A stretch of 64,000 nt of DNA, from assembly GCA_963726635.1 (NCBI GenBank), contig CAVSCZ010000013.1, positions 24,677 through 88,676 on the forward strand, written 5' to 3'. The DNA is from an uncultured Nitrospiraceae bacterium. GTDB lineage: Bacteria > Nitrospirota > Nitrospiria > Nitrospirales > Nitrospiraceae. The notes beneath the pieces are model-generated. The model had not been told where the DNA came from and ran no database searches. It saw nothing but the letters and a program-made list of their open reading frames with translations. Positions 59,995 through 64,000 of this stretch are shown here, in pieces (position 1 is the first letter of the stretch; the number at the start of each line of letters is the position of its first letter). The translations under genes were made by a program, and so were the position numbers.

Positions 59995-60432
59995 CTATCG
60001 TGGACCACTACCAATGCCGGGCCTGCCGGTCGCGGTTGGATGTTCTTTGTACACTTTCGGAGAATCCGGGCTGCCAAAGGGACGGAGCGCAGGCGAATCC
60101 CAAATCACTTTGTCGCCCGGAGCCAGGTTGGCCGCTTCCACGAACTGTTGGCGCGCTTGCTCCGTATCGCCCAGTGCATTCAAGGCCAACGCATAGTTAT
60201 AGTGCGCCGGCCCCGATTGAGGAGCCGCGGCCACTGCTTGGGAAAAATAATTCTTCGCGTCGTCGAACTGCCTCGCTTGATAGGCCTGCGTACCCTGTTC
60301 AGTCAGGGCCACGGCCTGCGGCTTCACTCCGGATTCGAGCGCCAGCGGGACCAACGGCTTTGCCTTGCTCTTGGAACAGGCGACTGCCCCGATGAGCAAG
60401 AAGACCACTCCGAGCATAGACAGGTATTTCAT
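59995..60432 (-). CDS. TPR lipoprotein
   Basis: GGAGG RBS, lipobox LIGAVAC and TPR units (AHYNYALALNALGDTEQARQQFVEAANLAPGD). Confidence 0.7.
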   Translation of the reverse strand: MKYLSMLGVVFLLIGAVACSKSKAKPLVPLALESGVKPQAVALTEQGTQAYQARQFDDAKNYFSQAVAAAPQSGPAHYNYALALNALGDTEQARQQFVEAANLAPGDKVIWDSPALRPFGSPDSPKVYKEHPTATGRPGIGSGPR

Positions 60433-60457
60433 CGCGCCTCCACGTTCCATCAGCATC

Positions 60458-60733
60458 TCACGCCTTCGTATGTTTCCGCATCTCTTCCTCGAACGTTTTC
60501 CGATAGAGCACGTCCCACTCCGCACTGCCCTCGACGATCCCACGCGAGTAGGAGGCCAACTTGGCCCTGACCTTTCGATCGATTTCTGCTTCTTGCACCA
60601 ACTCGGATGCGAGCACCCGCTTGATCTCTTTCAGGACTCGCCCCTCGTCATCCTGCACTGTCACCAAGGGGCTTTTCTTGACCACCTGAAGAATGATGTG
60701 GGAGAGATGGCTGATTTTGTCTTCGCTCAACAT
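60458..60733 (-). CDS. DUF507 family protein
   Basis: MLSEDKISHLSHIILQVV...EIDRKVRAKLASYS... It is a paralogue of the next gene. Confidence 0.65.
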   Translation of the reverse strand: MLSEDKISHLSHIILQVVKKSPLVTVQDDEGRVLKEIKRVLASELVQEAEIDRKVRAKLASYSRGIVEGSAEWDVLYRKTFEEEMRKHTKA

Positions 60734-60809
60734 ACCAATCCGTGAAACGTCAAACGTGAACGGTGAAACGTACTGCGGTTGGACGTTCAATCATACTGCA
60801 TTTCAGGCT

Positions 60810-61091
60810 CTAGAGAATGATACCCCGCTCCCGCGCCAGCTTACTCTTCACCATCGTGAACATCCGCTGAAAGTCTACTTGCCCCCGCTCGATATCTTGC
60901 TCGTAGGCCTTCAACAGCTGCCGCACTTCGGCGTTCAGGCGGTCTTCGATCGACAGTTCCTCGATAATGGCATGATCGATCTGCTCGACGAACGCCTTGC
61001 GATCGCCGACGATCGCCACCTGCCCCTCCTGCTGCAGCCTGGTGGCGATCGACTCCGAGATGTGGCGCACGCGTTCTTTCGACAGTCGCAT
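60810..61091 (-). CDS. DUF507 family protein
   Basis: MRLSKERVRHISESIATRLQ...EDRLNAEVRQLLKAYEQDIERGQVDFQRMF. Confidence 0.7.
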   Translation of the reverse strand: MRLSKERVRHISESIATRLQQEGQVAIVGDRKAFVEQIDHAIIEELSIEDRLNAEVRQLLKAYEQDIERGQVDFQRMFTMVKSKLARERGIIL

Positions 61092-61093
61092 CG

Positions 61094-61477
61094 CTATATC
61101 CGCTCGATCCGAATGGTCGGCACGTCCATAACACGCCGCAGCACCGAGGCATCCCCGAGAATGCGGCCGATCACGTTCACACGGTCGGCCGGGACCGGAT
61201 CCTGCCCCATACTCATCGGTGTGCGTCCAAAGAAAATGGCCAGGACCTGCCCGGCTCCCCAGAAAGCAACATCGCCGACTTTGACTTGATTCGTCGCCGT
61301 CTCTCGATGGTCCTTCACTCCGGCCAGTTTAAAATAGAGCTCTTCTCCCCATGTGTTGACCGGACTTTCAACCGGCAACACGGCATAGACTTCCTGCGCC
61401 GTCTTCGTCGACTTGAGTTCCGCGTCAAGCTGCACAGAGCCGACGGTGATACGAATCTTGTTGGGGAGATCAGCCAT
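61094..61477 (-). CDS. cyclophilin-like superfamily protein
   Basis: IRITVGSVQLDAELKSTKTAQEVYAVLP...WGEELYF...GDVAFWGAGQVLAIFFG. Confidence 0.65.
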   Translation of the reverse strand: MADLPNKIRITVGSVQLDAELKSTKTAQEVYAVLPVESPVNTWGEELYFKLAGVKDHRETATNQVKVGDVAFWGAGQVLAIFFGRTPMSMGQDPVPADRVNVIGRILGDASVLRRVMDVPTIRIERI

Positions 61478-61583
61478 TACGTTCCAATCAGCGCTTCTCA
61501 GCGACCATAAGATGAAAACCCGCTCAGGCCGCGGACCTTAGCTTGTTTATTCGGTGAAATCAAGGCTACAATCCTGCGACCAT

Positions 61584-62390
61584 ATGCTCACGTCATCCTT
61601 CGTTCTTCTCAAAGGTATCGGCCAAAGTTCCGAACGCCGTCTTTGGCAGGACGGCATTCTCGATTGGGCCGAATTCCTTCGATCTCCGACCCTGCCCGGC
61701 ATCTCCTCGACAAGAAAAGAATGGTATGACCGCGAACTCGCCATCGCCCAATCGCGCCTGGAAGAAGGAGACGCGCACTTCTTCGGCAGCTGCCTGAAGA
61801 GTCGGGAACACTGGCGCCTCTTCGAAACGTTTCGCCATCGTACGCTCTATCTTGACATCGAGACGACAGGGATGTCTGCGCGCGAGGGTCATGTGACGGT
61901 GGTCGGATTGTATCGCAACGGGCACATGACCAGCCTGGTCCGCGGGGAAACATTAACGGAGGACCGATTGCACGCGGAACTGGAGCAGACAGATCTCTTC
62001 ATTACTTTTTTCGGCAGCGGGTTTGATATTCCCTACTTGCGGGCGAAGTTCCCCCGGTTGAATTTCAAGAAACCCCACTTCGATCTGTGTTTCGCGGCGC
62101 GCAGGCTCGGCATGCAGGGCGGACTGAAACACATCGAGCACGAAGTCCAGATTGAGCGCGAGGCCGATGTGGTGGGACTCGACGGATGGGAAGCCGTTCG
62201 CCTGTGGCACCAGTGGTGCGCGGGAGACGAGGCTGCGCGCGACCTGTTGCTGAGGTACAACGCGGCCGATACCCAAAACCTCGAACCGCTCGCGGCATTG
62301 CTCTACGACCAGATGGTCGCGCGATTCGGCCCGTCTTCTTTGGGATTTCCACCGACCCGTCACCAAGAGCCAGCCGAGGTCGCTCCGTGA
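61584..62390 (+). CDS. RNase H-like (YprB/RNase_H_2-type) exonuclease-fold protein
   Basis: LKGIGQSSERRLWQDGILDW (HhH-like N-terminus), LYLDIETTG (Exo I motif), FFGSGFDIPYL and YNAADTQNL. Confidence 0.7.
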   Translation: MLTSSFVLLKGIGQSSERRLWQDGILDWAEFLRSPTLPGISSTRKEWYDRELAIAQSRLEEGDAHFFGSCLKSREHWRLFETFRHRTLYLDIETTGMSAREGHVTVVGLYRNGHMTSLVRGETLTEDRLHAELEQTDLFITFFGSGFDIPYLRAKFPRLNFKKPHFDLCFAARRLGMQGGLKHIEHEVQIEREADVVGLDGWEAVRLWHQWCAGDEAARDLLLRYNAADTQNLEPLAALLYDQMVARFGPSSLGFPPTRHQEPAEVAP

Positions 62391-63148
62391 CAGAGCCCCA
62401 GCAGTGGATCGGGGTCGGTCGAACCGAGACGGGATATGTTCGAGCATCGAACCAGGATGCGCTGGCCCTCCTGAATGACTGCGGCGTCTGGATCGTGGCA
62501 GACGGGATGGGGGGTCATCCGGCAGGGGATCTCGCGGCTCAAACCGCCGTGGCCGTGGCCACACGGCGGGCGCAAGAACGAGCAGCCTGGCTCCGCGAGC
62601 ATCCGAGCGATGCCGCTGAATTCATGGCAGACCTCGTGACAAGCGCCAACCGGCGAATCCATGACCTCATACTGGAACAACCATCCTTGAAAGGGATGGG
62701 CACGACCTTCGTCGCCTTGGCGATGACGCCGGCATCGATGCCGGTCGCCCATATCGCCCACTTGGGAGACAGCCGCGCCTACCTCTATCGGATGGGACAG
62801 CTCAAGCAATTGACGCGCGACCACACCCTCGTTGAGGAATTTGTGCAACGCGGCCTGATCGATGCAGCCACGGCGCTCACACATCCTGAGCGTCACATCT
62901 TGACTAGAGGCCTGGGGATGGGCGTCGATATGAAACCGGAGCTGACTTCAACGCCGGTGTCGCCGCACGACCTGATTGTGCTCTGCAGCGACGGACTCAC
63001 GAAAATGTTGGAAGACGCGACCATCGCATCGATCCTCTCCCGCGCAAACGGCGATCCCCATCGGGCCTGCCACGACCTGATCGAGCAGGCGCTGAGCAGA
63101 GGGGGAGAAGATAATGTGACCGTGATCATCGTGGCAGATCACCATTAG
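62387..63148 (+). CDS. PP2C-family serine/threonine phosphatase
   Basis: The GTG start overlaps the upstream stop (GTGA). GRTETGYVRASNQDA, ADGMGGHPAGD, CSDGLTK and GGEDNVTVII. Confidence 0.85.
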   Translation: MTEPQQWIGVGRTETGYVRASNQDALALLNDCGVWIVADGMGGHPAGDLAAQTAVAVATRRAQERAAWLREHPSDAAEFMADLVTSANRRIHDLILEQPSLKGMGTTFVALAMTPASMPVAHIAHLGDSRAYLYRMGQLKQLTRDHTLVEEFVQRGLIDAATALTHPERHILTRGLGMGVDMKPELTSTPVSPHDLIVLCSDGLTKMLEDATIASILSRANGDPHRACHDLIEQALSRGGEDNVTVIIVADHH

Positions 63149-63167
63149 GGTGCCTCCTGCTTCGCCG

Positions 63168-63196
63168 TTGACAAGAGGAAACGGGCTGTGTAGCCT
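63168..63196 (+). promoter_or_regulatory. candidate sigma-70 promoter upstream of the last gene
   Basis: TTGACA at 63168-63173, a 17-nt spacer, then TAGCCT at 63191-63196. A 7-bp hairpin CTCCTCC/GGAGGAG at 63211-63233 follows. Confidence 0.25.
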
Positions 63197-63255
63197 CGTT
63201 TTCTAACCAACTCCTCCTCCCTTGCTGGAGGAGGCCGCCACACAAAGAGGCTCTC

Positions 63256-64000
63256 ATGTCCCGCATTGTTCGCGGTGCTTTGTTCGCCGTAGCGTTCCTC
63301 TTGATGACCGAGCACCAGACGGTTGGTTTGGCACATGAATCGACCGGTCCGGAGGCAGTCATCCGCGTCCTGGTTCGTGCCAACGCCGAGAAGGATATGC
63401 CGACCCTCTCTCGCCTCATGGCGCATGACGCCGATATCATCAGCTATACTATCGGTGGACGGAAATATGTCGGGTGGCCGGAGTTCGAGCATGACATGCA
63501 AGAGGAGTTTTCCTCCGTGGTCAAACTCGAACTTCCCATTCATGAACTGAAAGTGTGGACAAAAGGGACTCTCGCCTGGTTCACTATGGAACTGGACTAT
63601 ATCCGCTTCGTGGGAGAGGGACCAAATCAACGGATAACGGTGCTTCCTCTCAGGGAAAGCGGTGTTCTGGAACAGCGCGAGGGACAATGGACGCTATTGT
63701 CCTGGCATGAGTCGCTCCGGAACATGCAACTCACAGCCCCTTTGGCCCAGCGTCCCACGACACCTTCCCCGCAACACTTGGCCAGCAATGCTCAACTTTC
63801 GTCAACGCCGGACCTGAGCGGGGAATGGGAAATTCTCGAGGTGGAGGACGACAAACGCTACAAGGCCACTCTCGACAAAGCCGGCAACGGCCCCTATACA
63901 CAGCACGGTGGACGATTCGTCACCACGAAGTATACCGACCGTCTCTGGCAAGGCACCTGGCAGCAGCCGGGCAACGATCGCGAAGGAGGATTTGAGCTCC
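63256..64000 (+). CDS. secreted protein with N-terminal SnoaL/NTF2-like (DUF4440-like) domain, 3' end outside the window
   Basis: The frame from ATG 63256 stays open to the window end and is not in the ORF track. Signal peptide MSRIVRGALFAVAFLLMTEHQTVGLA. VIRVLVRANAEKDMPTLSRLMAHDADIISY...LAWFTMELDY resembles an NTF2-like fold. Confidence 0.65.
   Translation, partial: MSRIVRGALFAVAFLLMTEHQTVGLAHESTGPEAVIRVLVRANAEKDMPTLSRLMAHDADIISYTIGGRKYVGWPEFEHDMQEEFSSVVKLELPIHELKVWTKGTLAWFTMELDYIRFVGEGPNQRITVLPLRESGVLEQREGQWTLLSWHESLRNMQLTAPLAQRPTTPSPQHLASNAQLSSTPDLSGEWEILEVEDDKRYKATLDKAGNGPYTQHGGRFVTTKYTDRLWQGTWQQPGNDREGGFEL

Overview
This is a 64-kb chromosomal segment. Gene content and intergenic repeat families look like a Nitrospira/Nitrospirota-type genome, but that is inference and no search was run. 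I support about 67 protein-coding genes or gene remnants and found no rRNA, tRNA, CRISPR array, transposase or integrase. Layout: (1) 1-10.7 kb is a molybdate (mod) locus expanded by two divergently transcribed paralogous modules. Each module has an OprO/P-like porin, a ModA-like periplasmic binding protein and a lipoprotein of an unrecognised family. They flank a 240-bp AT-rich control region with an HTH-PBP (COG1910-type) regulator and a YezD-like gene. (2) 10.9-19.2 kb holds a sigma-54 two-component pair, envelope genes and several broken genes. (3) 19.9-28.4 kb holds Tex, a G+C-rich orphan 1079-aa membrane protein, RNase HI and a G+C-poor acyltransferase. (4) 28.5-44.5 kb is an accessory-looking stretch of small genes separated by mosaic palindromic repeats. 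It includes a J-domain/nuclease-like fusion, a patatin lipoprotein, an AAA+ remnant, a cupredoxin/Zn-ribbon/receiver operon and an orphan phage-tail-tube-like gene. (5) 44.5-50.5 kb is an RND efflux operon. (6) 50.6-64 kb is a housekeeping block (ppi, tatC, rimI, tsaB, radA, bcp and others). At least 25 frame changes interrupt about 15 otherwise recognisable genes. Several sit at homopolymer runs and are repaired by removing one base, so many are probably assembly indels rather than true pseudogenes. All family names come from motif recognition by eye.
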